In this document: in pieces, positions 20,869 to 31,760 of the stretch | How the letters are laid out: every line of letters begins with the position of its first letter | Numbering within the stretch: position 1 is the stretch's first letter | Origin: an uncultured Verrucomicrobiae bacterium | GTDB lineage: Bacteria; Verrucomicrobiota; Verrucomicrobiia; Chthoniobacterales; UBA10450 | Assembly: GCA_963772365.1 (NCBI GenBank) | Contig: CAVYXA010000004.1 | Span: forward strand, 110,554 to 174,553 | Direction: 5' to 3' | DNA: 64,000 nucleotides | Made by a program: the position numbers and the translations under genes | The notes under the pieces: generated by a model | The model's input: the letters and a program-made list of their open reading frames with translations, nothing else | Databases searched by the model: none | Told to the model about the DNA's origin: nothing

Positions 20869-21135
20869 GAGTTGTTGGTTGGGCAGATATACTAAAGTAT
20901 TTTGGGCAGCAAAAAGTTCTTCATCTTCAGCCAGCGAATAAGTTCAAAGGCTATCGAATGTGTGATGCGAGACCGGCTGTAAAAGGTGTGTTAAAAACCG
21001 TGCCAAAAAGTTGGTGGAATAATCCCTTATTAGTCCGGGACCAAAGTTATTCGGATTTATGGAAAGTTGTTCGCGTATTACTCTGCAATTGATTAACACG
21101 GGAGCATGAAAAAGTGCCTACTGCTTGACGTGATC

Positions 21136-21518
21136 AAAATTCCTTCCGGCGCATTCGTCGCCATGCGTACGGATTGGTCGAAGCGCTGGCCGGATGCGGC
21201 AAAAATGGAGAACATGGACGCCTTGGGTGTCGCCCATTATCCCGGCTGGAGTCTTGCCGGTCCTGAAGTTCCTTTACGAGCAGCGCAGAATAACAGCATC
21301 CGGGCACGAAACGACGGATACGGGATCCAGGCGTGGCCCCACAACAAAGGAGGATTATTCTCTGGAGAGATACATTTTGAATACGGACCGTTATCAAATT
21401 GAGCTGTTGGCCAAATCTGGACCAGGTGCCGGAAGCGGGAGCGATTGCGATCATCAGTTTTCCAAAACTGAAGGGCGGCTCCGGCTTTCCAGCTCGGATT
21501 TTTGCGATCTTGCCTTAG
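21136..21518 (+). pseudogene. C-terminal half of a cyclase/kynurenine formamidase-family gene with several frameshifts
   Basis: Stitched frames give IPSGAFVAMRTDWSKRWP...HYPGWS / VLKFLYEQRRITASGHETTDT / YSLERYIL...YQIELL / NLDQVPEAGAIAIISFPKLKGGSGFPARIFAILP-stop; no N-terminal half visible. Confidence 0.8.
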
Positions 21519-21629
21519 CTCCTTGTCAGTTGTAGCTAAGTTTTTAGCACGTTGGGCAGCGCGTTTCGAGGCCGGAAATGCTGGTTAGTTGACCGAAAGT
21601 CCCGGTTGGCGCGAAGATAAGTTCGAATC

Positions 21630-22589
21630 ATGCACATTACCGAGATCATGCGGCGAGATTCGCCTACGTTTTCATTCGAGTTTTTCCCACCTAAAACTCG
21701 CGAGGCGGCCGAGAAGCTCTACCAAACGATCCGCGATCTCGAATCGTACATGCCGGATTTTGTGAGCGTGACTTATGGGGCGGGAGGATCGACAAGGGAT
21801 TTGACGCACGATTTGGTCGAGCGGATCCAAAATACGACCAAGCTCGACCCCATCCCGCATCTTACGTGTATTTGCCACAACGAAGGAGAGATTCGATCGA
21901 TTTTGGAGCGCTACGCGAAGTCGGGAATTGGAAACATTCTAGCGTTGGGAGGCGATCGGCCGCGGGACCTGGCTTATGATACGTCACGCGACGCATTTCG
22001 GCATGCGATCGACTTGGTACAATTCATCCGCCGCTTCAATGAGTCAGGTTTACACGCTGACCGACGCGGCTTCGGCATCGGCGTGGCCGGGTTTCCGGAA
22101 GGTCATCCCGCAACGCCAAATCGGCTCGTGGAAATGGACTATTTCAAAGCAAAGATAGAGGCTGGGGCCGACTATGTGGTGACGCAATTGTTCTTCGACA
22201 ATCGGGATTTCGACGATTTCCGAGAGCGTTGCGCACTGGCCGGGATTCACGTTCCAATCATCGCCGGGATCATGCCGATTACGTCAATGAGCGGGTTAAA
22301 ACGAATCGCCGAACTCGCTGCGGGGTCGCGTTTTCCAGCCAAGTTGCTACGAGCATTGCAACGCTGCGAGAACGATCCAGATATGGTCAAGCGGGTGGGT
22401 GTTCACTTTGCGCTGGAGCAATGTCATGATCTGCTTGATAACCAAGTGGCCGGAATTCATTTTTATACGTTGAATCGATCCGACGCTACGCGCGTAATCT
22501 TCGATAGCCTGGGCATCCCGCGCCGACAGAGAAGCCAATTCGACCCTAGTGATCCTAATACCAGGGTCGTGGGGGGAGCCTCTCGTTAG
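21630..22589 (+). CDS. metF: 5,10-methylenetetrahydrofolate reductase
   Basis: FSFEFFPPK, SVTYGAGG, HLTC, TQLFFD, HFYTLN. Confidence 0.95.
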   Translation: MHITEIMRRDSPTFSFEFFPPKTREAAEKLYQTIRDLESYMPDFVSVTYGAGGSTRDLTHDLVERIQNTTKLDPIPHLTCICHNEGEIRSILERYAKSGIGNILALGGDRPRDLAYDTSRDAFRHAIDLVQFIRRFNESGLHADRRGFGIGVAGFPEGHPATPNRLVEMDYFKAKIEAGADYVVTQLFFDNRDFDDFRERCALAGIHVPIIAGIMPITSMSGLKRIAELAAGSRFPAKLLRALQRCENDPDMVKRVGVHFALEQCHDLLDNQVAGIHFYTLNRSDATRVIFDSLGIPRRQRSQFDPSDPNTRVVGGASR

Positions 22590-22654
22590 GCTGCTTGTTC
22601 ACTACGCGGCTCACATTTGCGCAAAGCCGCTGACGCGCGCACACTCTCGTAATT

Positions 22655-23410
22655 TTGAAAGTCAGGCGCGCAATTTACTCGCAGATCGCGTTGCTGATCG
22701 GCGCAATCGTCCTCTTTTCGATCATAGCACGTTTTTTTCCGGTAATTGATTTCCTTCCAAATATCCAAACGCGTGTAATCAGCTGGGGAATCTGGGGCGC
22801 CGTCTGTTATCCGTTAATGTTTGCGGCATGCAACGTCCTGTTGCTGCCGGGAGGGATCCTTGCAGCCGGTGGCGGTTTCTTTTTTGGATTATGGTGGGGA
22901 TTTCTACTCGTGTTCTCCGGTAACGTCATCGCTACGACAATTTCATTTGCGCTGAGCCGAGGAGTAGCGAATCGCTGGGTTTGGCACAAAATTTCGAGCC
23001 ACAAAATATTGCGCGCGCTACAGCCCGCTGTGGAACGCGAAGGTTGGAAACTAATCTTGTTGAGCCAATTGCATCCGCTGTTTCCGACAAGTCTGTTAAA
23101 TTATCTCTATGGTCTAACGACAATTCGCTTCGTCAGCTATCTGCTGTGGGCATCAATCGGACGCGTGCCTGGTTTGTTTCTTTACGTTTATGTCGGCACG
23201 CTTGGTCAGTACGGACTCAGGATTGTGCGGGGCGTCCATCACCCAAAGGTGATTGATTATTGGACTTGGGGCGGAGCGTTTGTTATTACTCTAGTTCTCC
23301 TCATACTTCTAGCCCGAGTGATTGAACCGGCCGTAAGAAAAGCTGAGGCAGCCAACGGATCAGAAACCCAGAATCGGCAAGATATTCCGTATACATCTCA
23401 ACTTAAATAG
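22655..23410 (+). CDS. TVP38/TMEM64 (DedA/VTT) membrane protein
   Basis: GGFFFG, QLHPLFP..LLNYLYG, multi-TM. Confidence 0.85.
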   Translation: MKVRRAIYSQIALLIGAIVLFSIIARFFPVIDFLPNIQTRVISWGIWGAVCYPLMFAACNVLLLPGGILAAGGGFFFGLWWGFLLVFSGNVIATTISFALSRGVANRWVWHKISSHKILRALQPAVEREGWKLILLSQLHPLFPTSLLNYLYGLTTIRFVSYLLWASIGRVPGLFLYVYVGTLGQYGLRIVRGVHHPKVIDYWTWGGAFVITLVLLILLARVIEPAVRKAEAANGSETQNRQDIPYTSQLK

Positions 23411-23421
23411 CTCAGCTATAT

Positions 23422-23817
23422 ATGGTTATCGATTACGCATCCCTTCTGGAATCCCCCCGGCAAGCGCGGGAACACGCTTACGCGCCGTATTCACATTTTA
23501 GGGTCGGAGCTGCGCTATTGACCCGCTGGGGGAAGGTATTTACGGGCTGCAACATTGAAAATATATCGCTTGGCCTGACGATTTGTGCCGAACGATCAGC
23601 TGTTTCGGCAGCTATTGGTGGCGGAGCACGCGAATTTTCGGCGATCGGACTCGTAACTAATTTCTCACGACCTGTCTTTCCTTGCGGAGCCTGCCGACAA
23701 GTGTTAGCGGAATTTACTCCTGGAATGGCAGTGATTTCAGCGACGGTCGGAGGGCGGATCGAGAACCGACCGCTCTCAGAGTTGCTTCTATGTGCGATCA
23801 AAAACCTGAATGTATAA
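23422..23817 (+). CDS. cdd: Cytidine deaminase
   Basis: [24 protein letters not shown]. Confidence 0.95.
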   Translation: MVIDYASLLESPRQAREHAYAPYSHFRVGAALLTRWGKVFTGCNIENISLGLTICAERSAVSAAIGGGAREFSAIGLVTNFSRPVFPCGACRQVLAEFTPGMAVISATVGGRIENRPLSELLLCAIKNLNV

Positions 23818-25687
23818 GTTACCGACCGAATATGAGGTAATTGTGGTGGGCAGCGGCCACGCCGGGATTGAATCCGCATTAGCCTCGGCTCGGGTTGGCT
23901 GTCGCACGCTTCTACTGACCCAAAACTTGGATACGATTGGGCAAATGTCGTGCAATCCTGCGATCGGCGGTCTGGCCAAAGGGCATATCGTCCGTGAGAT
24001 CGACGCGATGGGCGGCGCAATGGGGATGAATGCGGACGCCACAGGTATTCAATTTCGGATGCTCAATCGAGCGAAAGGACCCTCAGTCCGTGCTCCGCGA
24101 GTCCAGTGCGATAAGAAGGCATATCAATTCCGCTTAAAAGCCAGTTTGGAGCTGTCGGAAAATGTCGATCTTAAACAAGCTACGGTGTCGAGGATTTTGG
24201 TTGAGAACGAGCGGGTCGTCGGGGTTCAGACAGATCTAGGGTTGGAAATCCGGACACGCGCAGTCGTCATTACATCGGGCACGTTCTTGCGCGGTCTGTT
24301 GCATATTGGCGAGAACAGAAAACCGGGCGGTCGAATGGCAGATGCGAGTTCGGAATTGAGCGAAAATCTGCGGAACATTGGGTTTGAGGTCGGCCGATTT
24401 AAGACGGGAACCCCATGCCGGCTTAATGCGAGATCGATTGATTTCTCGAAATGTGGAGTGCAGATGGGGGATGAACCGCCACCTCGATTTGCATTTGACG
24501 ACAAGGAGGTCAGCATCTCGGGAGACGATGTTTTCAGCCTAAACTTCGATGATCGCGGTGAGTTCCATGTGGAACAATTGCCTTGCTGGATCACATCGAC
24601 AGTGCCGAAGACCCATGAGGTCATTCGTGCGAACCTTCATCGCTCCCCGCTCTACACTGGGCGAATCAAAGGGACCGGACCACGGTACTGTCCCTCTATC
24701 GAGGACAAAGTGGTGAGATTTGCTGATAAACCGTCGCATCAGCTCTTTCTGGAGCCAGAGGGGCGCCAAACCCGCGAATATTACGTGAATGGAATTTCGA
24801 CTAGCCTGCCTTACGACGTCCAGCTGCAATTTCTCCAGACGATCCCGGGGCTGGAACGCGCTGAGATCATGCGCCCAGGATACGCCGTGGAATACGACTA
24901 TTTCCCGCCGACCCAGCTCTTGTCGACGTTGGAAACCAAACTTATAAGCGGTCTCTATCTTGCCGGTCAGGTGAACGGGACGTCGGGTTATGAAGAAGCC
25001 GCGGCTCAAGGATTGATCGCTGGTGCTAACGCCGCTTTAAAGGTGCGAGGTACTTTGCCACTGATCTTGGAACGACATGAGGCTTATATCGGTGTCTTAA
25101 TCGACGATCTCGTAACGAAGGGTACAGAAGAACCGTATCGGATGTTCACAAGCCGGGCGGAAGAGCGACTATTTCTTCGGCAAGATAATGCAGATCAACG
25201 GTTGACTGGGCGGGCATTCAAAGCAGGGTTAGTTAGACATGGCCGATGGACTCGATTTCAGCAGAAAATGCAAGCGCTGGATGGAGCGCGTCGACTGGCT
25301 AATGAAATAAGGATTGGCGGGGCGGCACTATCGCACCTCTTTAAGCGGCCGGACTTCCGAGTCGACAATATACCGCCTGAGGTGAGGGCGCGCTATCCGC
25401 TTGAGACTTGGAAGTTAATCGAAACCGATTTCAAGTATGAAGGCTACGCGCACCGCCAGGCGAATCAGAACCGACAATTGGAGCGTCGGCAAGAGCTGCC
25501 ACTGCCTACGACCTTAGATTACAGCAGAATCGGGGGTCTGCGATCGGAGACTCGCCAGAAACTGGCGGTATTGCGACCGTCCTCACTGGGCCAAATAGCG
25601 CGCATTAGCGGAATTACGCCTGCGGATGTTACGATAATATCTATATGGTTGAATAAAAGCGGCTTACATTTAATGAATTCCACTTAG
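23810..25687 (+). CDS. mnmG: tRNA uridine 5-carboxymethylaminomethyl modification enzyme
   Basis: [53 protein letters not shown]. Confidence 0.97.
   Translation: MYKLPTEYEVIVVGSGHAGIESALASARVGCRTLLLTQNLDTIGQMSCNPAIGGLAKGHIVREIDAMGGAMGMNADATGIQFRMLNRAKGPSVRAPRVQCDKKAYQFRLKASLELSENVDLKQATVSRILVENERVVGVQTDLGLEIRTRAVVITSGTFLRGLLHIGENRKPGGRMADASSELSENLRNIGFEVGRFKTGTPCRLNARSIDFSKCGVQMGDEPPPRFAFDDKEVSISGDDVFSLNFDDRGEFHVEQLPCWITSTVPKTHEVIRANLHRSPLYTGRIKGTGPRYCPSIEDKVVRFADKPSHQLFLEPEGRQTREYYVNGISTSLPYDVQLQFLQTIPGLERAEIMRPGYAVEYDYFPPTQLLSTLETKLISGLYLAGQVNGTSGYEEAAAQGLIAGANAALKVRGTLPLILERHEAYIGVLIDDLVTKGTEEPYRMFTSRAEERLFLRQDNADQRLTGRAFKAGLVRHGRWTRFQQKMQALDGARRLANEIRIGGAALSHLFKRPDFRVDNIPPEVRARYPLETWKLIETDFKYEGYAHRQANQNRQLERRQELPLPTTLDYSRIGGLRSETRQKLAVLRPSSLGQIARISGITPADVTIISIWLNKSGLHLMNST
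24561..24576. promoter_or_regulatory. Putative parS site inside mnmG
   Basis: AGTTCCATGTGGAACA resembles the parS palindrome TGTTNCACGTGNAACA; ~14 kb from dnaA. Confidence 0.6.
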
Positions 25688-25699
25688 CATCGACGCTAG

Positions 25700-26326
25700 A
25701 TGGTCATGGTTTCTGCAATTATCATCGGGAGTTACCTGCTTGGTTCAATTCCGGCCGCATATTTCGCCGGCCGCATCGCTAGGACGGACATTCGCGATGT
25801 CGGCAGCGGCAACATTGGCGCCACCAATGTCGTCCGTACGTTAGGCAAGCGCTACGGGTATCCGGTCTTCGCCTTCGATTTCCTGAAGGGCTGGGGCGCA
25901 GTGCGATTGTCGATGTTCCTTGTAGGGCGTTTCCAGCCCGCACCGATCTCGCCGGAAGTTGCCGGAATCATCGCCGCTGTCTCTTGCATCTTCGGGCATT
26001 CATTTCCGATCTGGCTTGGGTTCAAAGGCGGAAAAGGCGTCGCTCCTTCTGCAGGCTCATTGTTCGGGCTAATGCCGGTAGGGCTTTTGATCGGTGCAGT
26101 CATTTGGTTGCTCACGTTTCGCTTAACCCGCTACGTCTCAGTGGCATCTATGATCGCCGCTCTGGTTTTGCCAATAGTGATTGCGATACTGAGTTCGTTA
26201 GGCTTGAATGGCGATCGAGGGCTGGTTTACTTCTCCATTTGCATGGCAGCGTTCATTATTCTGCGTCATCGCTCGAATCTCTCTCGTTTAATTCGCGGAA
26301 CGGAGCCACGTTTTACTCGAAAGTGA
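25700..26326 (+). CDS. plsY: Glycerol-3-phosphate acyltransferase
   Basis: [28 protein letters not shown]. Confidence 0.95.
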   Translation: MVMVSAIIIGSYLLGSIPAAYFAGRIARTDIRDVGSGNIGATNVVRTLGKRYGYPVFAFDFLKGWGAVRLSMFLVGRFQPAPISPEVAGIIAAVSCIFGHSFPIWLGFKGGKGVAPSAGSLFGLMPVGLLIGAVIWLLTFRLTRYVSVASMIAALVLPIVIAILSSLGLNGDRGLVYFSICMAAFIILRHRSNLSRLIRGTEPRFTRK

Positions 26327-27324
26327 AGATCAACAAGATCGCAATCCTAGGAGCTGGGAGTTGGGGCACCGCATTGGCCGCGCTTTGGTCAAAGAAGGGC
26401 TGTCCAGTTACGCTCTGGAGTCGCGATGCTGAACGCGCCGGGCGGATGCGCCAGAGCCGCCAAAACTCCGATTACCTTCCAGGTTTGCAACTCGCGGGCA
26501 ACGTCAATGTTACATCGGACCTTCGGGCTTGCGCCGATGTCGATCTTATCATTTTCGTTATGCCATCAACCGCCTTACGCGACATCGCCGATAGGCTGGG
26601 CGAGGTGACGATTCGTGATCGAGCTATCTTGTTAAGTTGCACGAAGGGAATCGAGCGCGGCACCGGCTTGCGAATGACGCAGATTTTGGCAGAACGTTTC
26701 CCGCGAAATAGGGTTGCCGTGCTTTCTGGGCCAAATCTCGCCGTCGAAGTCGCCCAAGATCTGCCCACGGCGACGGTAATCGGGTGTGAGGATGCCGAGT
26801 GCGCAGCGCTCCTGCAAGATAACCTTGGCGGCGCACGTTTCCGGATTTACACGAGTCCGGAGGTGGTATCGATCGAATTGGGCGGCGCACTCAAGAACGT
26901 GTTTGCTCTGGCCGCAGGAATCAGTGATGGGCTCCGGCTCGGTGATAATGCAAAGGCAGCTTTGGTCACGCGTTCTCTTGCCGAAATGGTCAGGCTCGGT
27001 GAAGCGATGGGTGGGAGGCCAGGCGCGTTTCACGGATTAAGCGGCGTCGGCGATCTAATCGTCACCTGCTACAGTGAGCGCAGCCGGAACCACACCGTTG
27101 GAAAATGGTTAGGTCAAGGCGAAACGTTAGCGAAAATCACCGCTTCCATGAAAATGGTGGCCGAAGGAATTCCGACTGCCCAGAGTGCTCGCGAACGCGG
27201 CAAGATGCTTAACATCGACATTCCGATCATTGATCAGGTTTACGCGATGGTGTACGAGCAGAAGGCACCGTTGGTCGCGCTGGAAGAATTACTGAATCGG
27301 GAACAAAAATCAGAACAAGCCTAA
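26323..27324 (+). CDS. gpsA: NAD(P)H-dependent glycerol-3-phosphate dehydrogenase
   Basis: GAGSWGTA, SGPNLA, GGALKN, GVGDL.VTC.S..SRN; GTGA overlap with plsY. Confidence 0.95.
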   Translation: MKINKIAILGAGSWGTALAALWSKKGCPVTLWSRDAERAGRMRQSRQNSDYLPGLQLAGNVNVTSDLRACADVDLIIFVMPSTALRDIADRLGEVTIRDRAILLSCTKGIERGTGLRMTQILAERFPRNRVAVLSGPNLAVEVAQDLPTATVIGCEDAECAALLQDNLGGARFRIYTSPEVVSIELGGALKNVFALAAGISDGLRLGDNAKAALVTRSLAEMVRLGEAMGGRPGAFHGLSGVGDLIVTCYSERSRNHTVGKWLGQGETLAKITASMKMVAEGIPTAQSARERGKMLNIDIPIIDQVYAMVYEQKAPLVALEELLNREQKSEQA

Positions 27325-27911
27325 GCGCGGGAGACTCTCCCGCAAAAATCCGCAATTACCGCCGGATAAAGCTCCCGTTCCGCAGTTTGGATTCGGGCAT
27401 GCAGAGTTTCTGGGGTGTCATCGGACCGGATTGGCACTTCGCGCTGGCCGAGGATTTCCCCGTGATCGATCTCAGCATCGACGTAATGGACAGTGCATCC
27501 AGTTGTTTTTTCACCCGCTGTTAGTGCCTGCTTCCAAGCTGCAAGGCCGGGAAATTTCGGGAGCAGGGATGGATGAATGTTGATGATCCTTCTCGGGAAC
27601 GCCTCCAGCATTGGCGATTTCAAAACTCGCATAAATCCCGCGAGAACTACGAGTTCAACTCCCGCTTCGCGCAAAATCTTCACCAACTCCGATTCCACTT
27701 GCGGCTCCAACCGGGTGCGAAATGCGCCGGACGGCAGGTAGGCGTTCGGCACGGCGAATTCCCGGGCAATGTCGAGAACCGGCGCGTCGAGCACATCGGA
27801 AATGATAACTCGGACCTCGGCAGCCAGCTCGCCAGCGCGAATCTTCTCCAGAATCGCGCGGCAATTGGTACCCTTACCGGATCCAAGTATGCCGATTGGT
27901 AGTCGTTTCAC
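27321..27911 (-). CDS. purN: Phosphoribosylglycinamide formyltransferase
   Basis: SGKGTN, LAGFMR, NIHPSLLP, GCTVH. Confidence 0.95.
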   Translation of the reverse strand: MKRLPIGILGSGKGTNCRAILEKIRAGELAAEVRVIISDVLDAPVLDIAREFAVPNAYLPSGAFRTRLEPQVESELVKILREAGVELVVLAGFMRVLKSPMLEAFPRRIINIHPSLLPKFPGLAAWKQALTAGEKTTGCTVHYVDAEIDHGEILGQREVPIRSDDTPETLHARIQTAERELYPAVIADFCGRVSRA

Positions 27912-28399
27912 CTATCGATCTTACGCAATTGTTCCAACAGCCGTGACGTCGAATACCCGGCCTCGAACGGGACGATATGAATCTCGGCGTCAAGCTTCTC
28001 CAGCACTGCTCGCTCCTCTTGGTTCAATGTTTCAGAAGTGTAGTCGCCGCCCTTTGTGTAAACTGCCGGATTCGCTGCGGCAAGAAACCTGATTGCTCTC
28101 GCGTCTTCAAAAATCGTGACGAAATCAACACATGCCAGGGCGGCGAGCACTTCGGCCCGATCTTTCTCATTGTTCAATGGCCGGCCCGTTCCTTTCAGTT
28201 GCCGCACTGATTCATCGCCGTTTACACCAACTACCAGCGCATCCCCGAGCAAACGGGCAGTTTGCAAATAGCGCACATGCCCGACGTGCAACAAATCAAA
28301 GCAGCCATTGGTGGCCACAATCCGCTTGCCAGTCGCACGCAATTCCCTGGAGCGCGCCGCAAGCTGATCCAGACCAATGATCTTGGAGTCCGCTTTCAC
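27908..28399 (-). CDS. rfaE2: Heptose 1-phosphate adenylyltransferase (RfaE domain II)
   Basis: TNGCFDLLHVGH, NGDESV..LKG..RP, KGGDY, YSTS. Confidence 0.9.
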   Translation of the reverse strand: MKADSKIIGLDQLAARSRELRATGKRIVATNGCFDLLHVGHVRYLQTARLLGDALVVGVNGDESVRQLKGTGRPLNNEKDRAEVLAALACVDFVTIFEDARAIRFLAAANPAVYTKGGDYTSETLNQEERAVLEKLDAEIHIVPFEAGYSTSRLLEQLRKIDR

Positions 28400-29289
28400 T
28401 TGATCACAAAATTTAGCGCCTTCGGCATTACTTGAAAAACAATTGGTGTGCTGCCCACTGGTTCGCCATCCACATTGAAATGCATCTTCGGCCGCGATCT
28501 CACTTTAATCTTCGCTCCACGTCGGAATACAATTGCTTTATTGCGTATATGCTGACCCAAAAGAATTTGGCCTGCCAGCAACGCCAGCTCGGCGATGGGG
28601 CAAGCTGGGATCAAGATGACGTCCGCTAATCCATCCTGTGGATCGGCCTTTGGCGCTATCGGCAATCCACCGGCAACGAAACGGCCATTGGCCACGATGA
28701 TGTTATAAACGTCCCGCGATAGTTTCGCGTGATTATCGAAGACAATCTCGCACCGATATGCCAGTAGATCGGGGAGAGCAGCCACTGCGCTTCGCACATA
28801 GGAAAGCGGTCCCCAAGCGCGCTTGATTTGTGACGTCAGGCGTTCGTCTACAGCTCCACTAAAACCCCCGGCGGAGATATTGGCAAAATAGCGAACCCGC
28901 TCGCCTTTTACCCGGATCAGGTCAAGCAAAGTGGTTCTGCAGCTGCGCAAGATGTCGATGTTGTCCTCAATGGCTGACGGCATTCCGAACGATCGGGCAA
29001 AATCGTTTCCAGTGCCGAGCGGAATTAATCCCAGGCAAATCTCCTCCGAGCGTCTGGATTGAGCGATTGCATTAATGACCTCATTCAGTGTGCCGTCGCC
29101 GCCGGCGACGATTATGAAGTCGCACCGCCCGCGGATCGCATTCTGCGCCACAGTTTTCGCCTCTCCCTTTCGACGCGTAACGTGAAGCTTTGCGGGATTA
29201 AGGATGCGGAGTCGCTCCAAAAGCCCCTCCAGATCTTCGATTGATCCAGCGGCCGGATTAATAATTACGAGCGGTTTCGCCCTGTTCAT
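28396..29289 (-). CDS. Diacylglycerol/lipid kinase family (YegS-like)
   Basis: NPAAG, GGDGTLNE, PLGTGNDFA, DGE. Confidence 0.9.
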   Translation of the reverse strand: MNRAKPLVIINPAAGSIEDLEGLLERLRILNPAKLHVTRRKGEAKTVAQNAIRGRCDFIIVAGGDGTLNEVINAIAQSRRSEEICLGLIPLGTGNDFARSFGMPSAIEDNIDILRSCRTTLLDLIRVKGERVRYFANISAGGFSGAVDERLTSQIKRAWGPLSYVRSAVAALPDLLAYRCEIVFDNHAKLSRDVYNIIVANGRFVAGGLPIAPKADPQDGLADVILIPACPIAELALLAGQILLGQHIRNKAIVFRRGAKIKVRSRPKMHFNVDGEPVGSTPIVFQVMPKALNFVIK

Positions 29290-29364
29290 TCTTCGCACAA
29301 ATCTCGGATGGCTTTCTGGTTTTTCCAGTTGGCCTTTGCTCGAATTTCGCGAGGGTATCGTGAA

Positions 29365-30144
29365 ATGGCGGAAAAAAATTCAAGGCGCGAGATGGTCAGA
29401 GAAAAATCGGGCAATGGCTTCCGCATCTCCAATGGTCCTATCGTTCGCCTAACGGAGGAGGAACGGCTCAAGGATAGCTTCCGCATTGTAGAGCTTCCGC
29501 GCGTTCACGGTGCTCCGAAGTTATTTGCCATCGCTCGCGATCCAAAAACGATATTTCTTTATTGGGAGATTGATTGGCCCGCTGCTTTTGCTGGTTCTCC
29601 ACCGGTAGATCGACAAGTGCATCTCCGATTGCTTCGTGAAAATGGTTCCCAAGAAACAACTACCGCTGTTGAGCCGATGGCCGGGAGTTGTTTTTTGACG
29701 GTTTCCGATCCGAGGGCAGCGTACCGCATCGAAATCGGGTACTATTATCCGGAAAACAATTGGAATTCTGTCGCGCTATCCGAAGGAGTGAAGATGCCGC
29801 CCGAAGCGGTTTCAGATGAACGCGATGTCGATCTCGCCACGATCCCGTTTCATCTCAGTTTCCAACGGCTTATCGACTTGCATCGTGCATCCGATGCGAA
29901 TGCTTTGACTGAAATTATTTCTCGCCTCCAGAAGCAAGCCACCACGAATGATGAACAGGCGCTTCTTAGTGACGAAGAACGGGAAATCCTGCGAGCCATG
30001 AAGGTGTCGGTCGATGAAATCCGCGACTCGCGAGGGGAACTTCTCGGCCAAAGCAAAGAAACTGCCTTACGCAAGCGCGCGGAAGCCCTTCTCGGTTTCG
30101 GCGCGACTAGCCCTGCAGGCGGATTTGGTCCGAGTAGTTGGTAG
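29365..30144 (+). CDS. DUF4912-domain protein
   Basis: ELP...ARDP..IFLYWE...IEIGY pattern; SSW C-terminus. Confidence 0.7.
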   Translation: MAEKNSRREMVREKSGNGFRISNGPIVRLTEEERLKDSFRIVELPRVHGAPKLFAIARDPKTIFLYWEIDWPAAFAGSPPVDRQVHLRLLRENGSQETTTAVEPMAGSCFLTVSDPRAAYRIEIGYYYPENNWNSVALSEGVKMPPEAVSDERDVDLATIPFHLSFQRLIDLHRASDANALTEIISRLQKQATTNDEQALLSDEEREILRAMKVSVDEIRDSRGELLGQSKETALRKRAEALLGFGATSPAGGFGPSSW

Positions 30145-30174
30145 GGTTAGATTGCGAAGCCGCTCCCTTCGAAA

Positions 30175-30651
30175 CTACCACTTCCAGCGTTTTCGGATCG
30201 GCTCGATATAATCACCGATGTCGATCTTCTTGAGCCGCCCAACCCGATCGCGAACTGCGTCGGTCGAGTCTTCATATTTTTCTTTCACCGACTTTAGAAA
30301 AGGCCGCACAGAGGGCAGTGAAGCCAGGCTCGAATTGATCCAGCCTAAAGCGGTTTTCGCGTCCGCTTGCCTTCGCTCTTCGTTATAGGCATAGCGGATG
30401 GCAAAACCTACTGCGAGCCCCACAATCAGCGCCCCCAGAATCGTTGGCACTGGATTTTCGCGCAGGAAAAACTCGGTCCTACCGCCAGCCACGCCCGCCT
30501 TAATTTTCCTTTGCTTCCACCGATCTCCCGCCGGCGGCGAAACTTTCCGGGTCGCTCCGCGAAGGCGGCTTCGGCGGGTCTGTCGAGGGCGAGGTCGGTT
30601 CATCGGCAAAGGTTCATCTTGGACAAAATCGTCGTTGTCTGGAGTGGTCAT
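30175..30651 (-). CDS. Hypothetical protein with a single TM (ElaB/YqjD-like anchor motif)
   Basis: RENPVPTILGALIVGLAVG. Confidence 0.55.
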   Translation of the reverse strand: MTTPDNDDFVQDEPLPMNRPRPRQTRRSRLRGATRKVSPPAGDRWKQRKIKAGVAGGRTEFFLRENPVPTILGALIVGLAVGFAIRYAYNEERRQADAKTALGWINSSLASLPSVRPFLKSVKEKYEDSTDAVRDRVGRLKKIDIGDYIEPIRKRWKW

Positions 30652-30734
30652 ACTATTGATTCGTAAACCGGAGTGCAATTGCGTTTCTCTAAGCTCGCTG
30701 CAACTTTATCTTCGAAAAGAACGAAAGGAACAAA

Positions 30735-31043
30735 ATGGCTGATCTGAGCAAGGAAGAAGCTTACTGGCGCGAACAGCATCCCCAACAACCGTACGCGGAT
30801 AAGAAATTGTCCTACGAAGAGTATGCACCGGCGTACCGGATAGGCTACGAAGGTTTCCACAAATATCGTGGGAAGAAGTACGACGAAATTGAAGACGATC
30901 TCGCTTTGGATTACCAACGCAATCGAGCCGGAGCAGCTCTGCCGTGGGACCATGCCCGGCATGCAGTTCGAGCTGCGTGGGCCAAAGTGAGCAATGATAT
31001 TACGCCGCGGGATCCCGATCGCGGAATCCGAAGTGGGTTCTGA
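30735..31043 (+). CDS. Small hypothetical protein
   Basis: RBS AAAGGA; EEAYWREQH...YAPAYRIG...W..ARHAVRAAW. Confidence 0.75.
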   Translation: MADLSKEEAYWREQHPQQPYADKKLSYEEYAPAYRIGYEGFHKYRGKKYDEIEDDLALDYQRNRAGAALPWDHARHAVRAAWAKVSNDITPRDPDRGIRSGF

Positions 31044-31095
31044 CCGCTAAGGTTGGTCGGTCCCAGGCTGACTGGTGTCGGCTCCGACATTTCCA

Positions 31096-31749
31096 TTAGG
31101 GAGCAAGCCGATCGATACGCCAGGAATTGTCCGGCTGCTTTGTATATCGGAACCGGTCGTGCAATCGATTTGGTCGACCCTGCCAAAATTCCACGGCATC
31201 GGGCCTGACTCGATATCCGCCCCAGTGCGGCGGCAGCGGGATCGGTTTGTCGCGAAAGCGCTCCATCATCTCCGCCATGCGGGCGTCGAGGACTCGGCGA
31301 GCATCGATCACTTCGCTTTGACGCGAGACCCACGCGCCGAGCTGACTACCGGCCGGACGTGAATGAAAGTAGCGCTCCGATTCTTCACGCGAAGTCCGTT
31401 CCGCCGGGCCGCTGATCCGAATTTGTCGATCCAGTTCGATCCAGTAAAAACAAAGCGCTGTCTGCGCGTTCTGCTCGAGCTGTCGCCCTTTTTCACTGTC
31501 GTAGTTAGTGAAGAAGACAAAACCATCCTGATCGAAACTTTTAAGCAGGACAATCCGCACAGACGGTTTGCCGTGCTGGTCGGCGGTAGCTAATGCCATC
31601 GCATTCACATCACGAATTCCCGCTTCGATCGCAGCCGTAAACCAGTTTCCAAATTGCTTAATCGGGTCCGGATCCAGATCGCGACGCCGAAGGCCATGCG
31701 CGGCGTGTTCGTAACGCGCACCGGCCGGATCGAGTGGTGTGTCGAACAT
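31096..31749 (-). CDS. pdxH: Pyridoxamine 5'-phosphate oxidase
   Basis: RIVLLK, FFTNYDSEKG, EFWQGRPNRLHDR, RLAP; start may be 31761. Confidence 0.95.
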   Translation of the reverse strand: MFDTPLDPAGARYEHAAHGLRRRDLDPDPIKQFGNWFTAAIEAGIRDVNAMALATADQHGKPSVRIVLLKSFDQDGFVFFTNYDSEKGRQLEQNAQTALCFYWIELDRQIRISGPAERTSREESERYFHSRPAGSQLGAWVSRQSEVIDARRVLDARMAEMMERFRDKPIPLPPHWGGYRVRPDAVEFWQGRPNRLHDRFRYTKQPDNSWRIDRLAP

Positions 31750-31760
31750 TTGTTGAATCA

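Noticed and set aside
20980..21100. Second DnaA-box cluster upstream of the metF-mnmG block
   Set aside because: Only weak partial matches in AT-rich DNA.
21520..21629. SAM/SAH riboswitch upstream of metF
   Set aside because: No recognisable consensus elements by eye; an Rfam scan would be needed.
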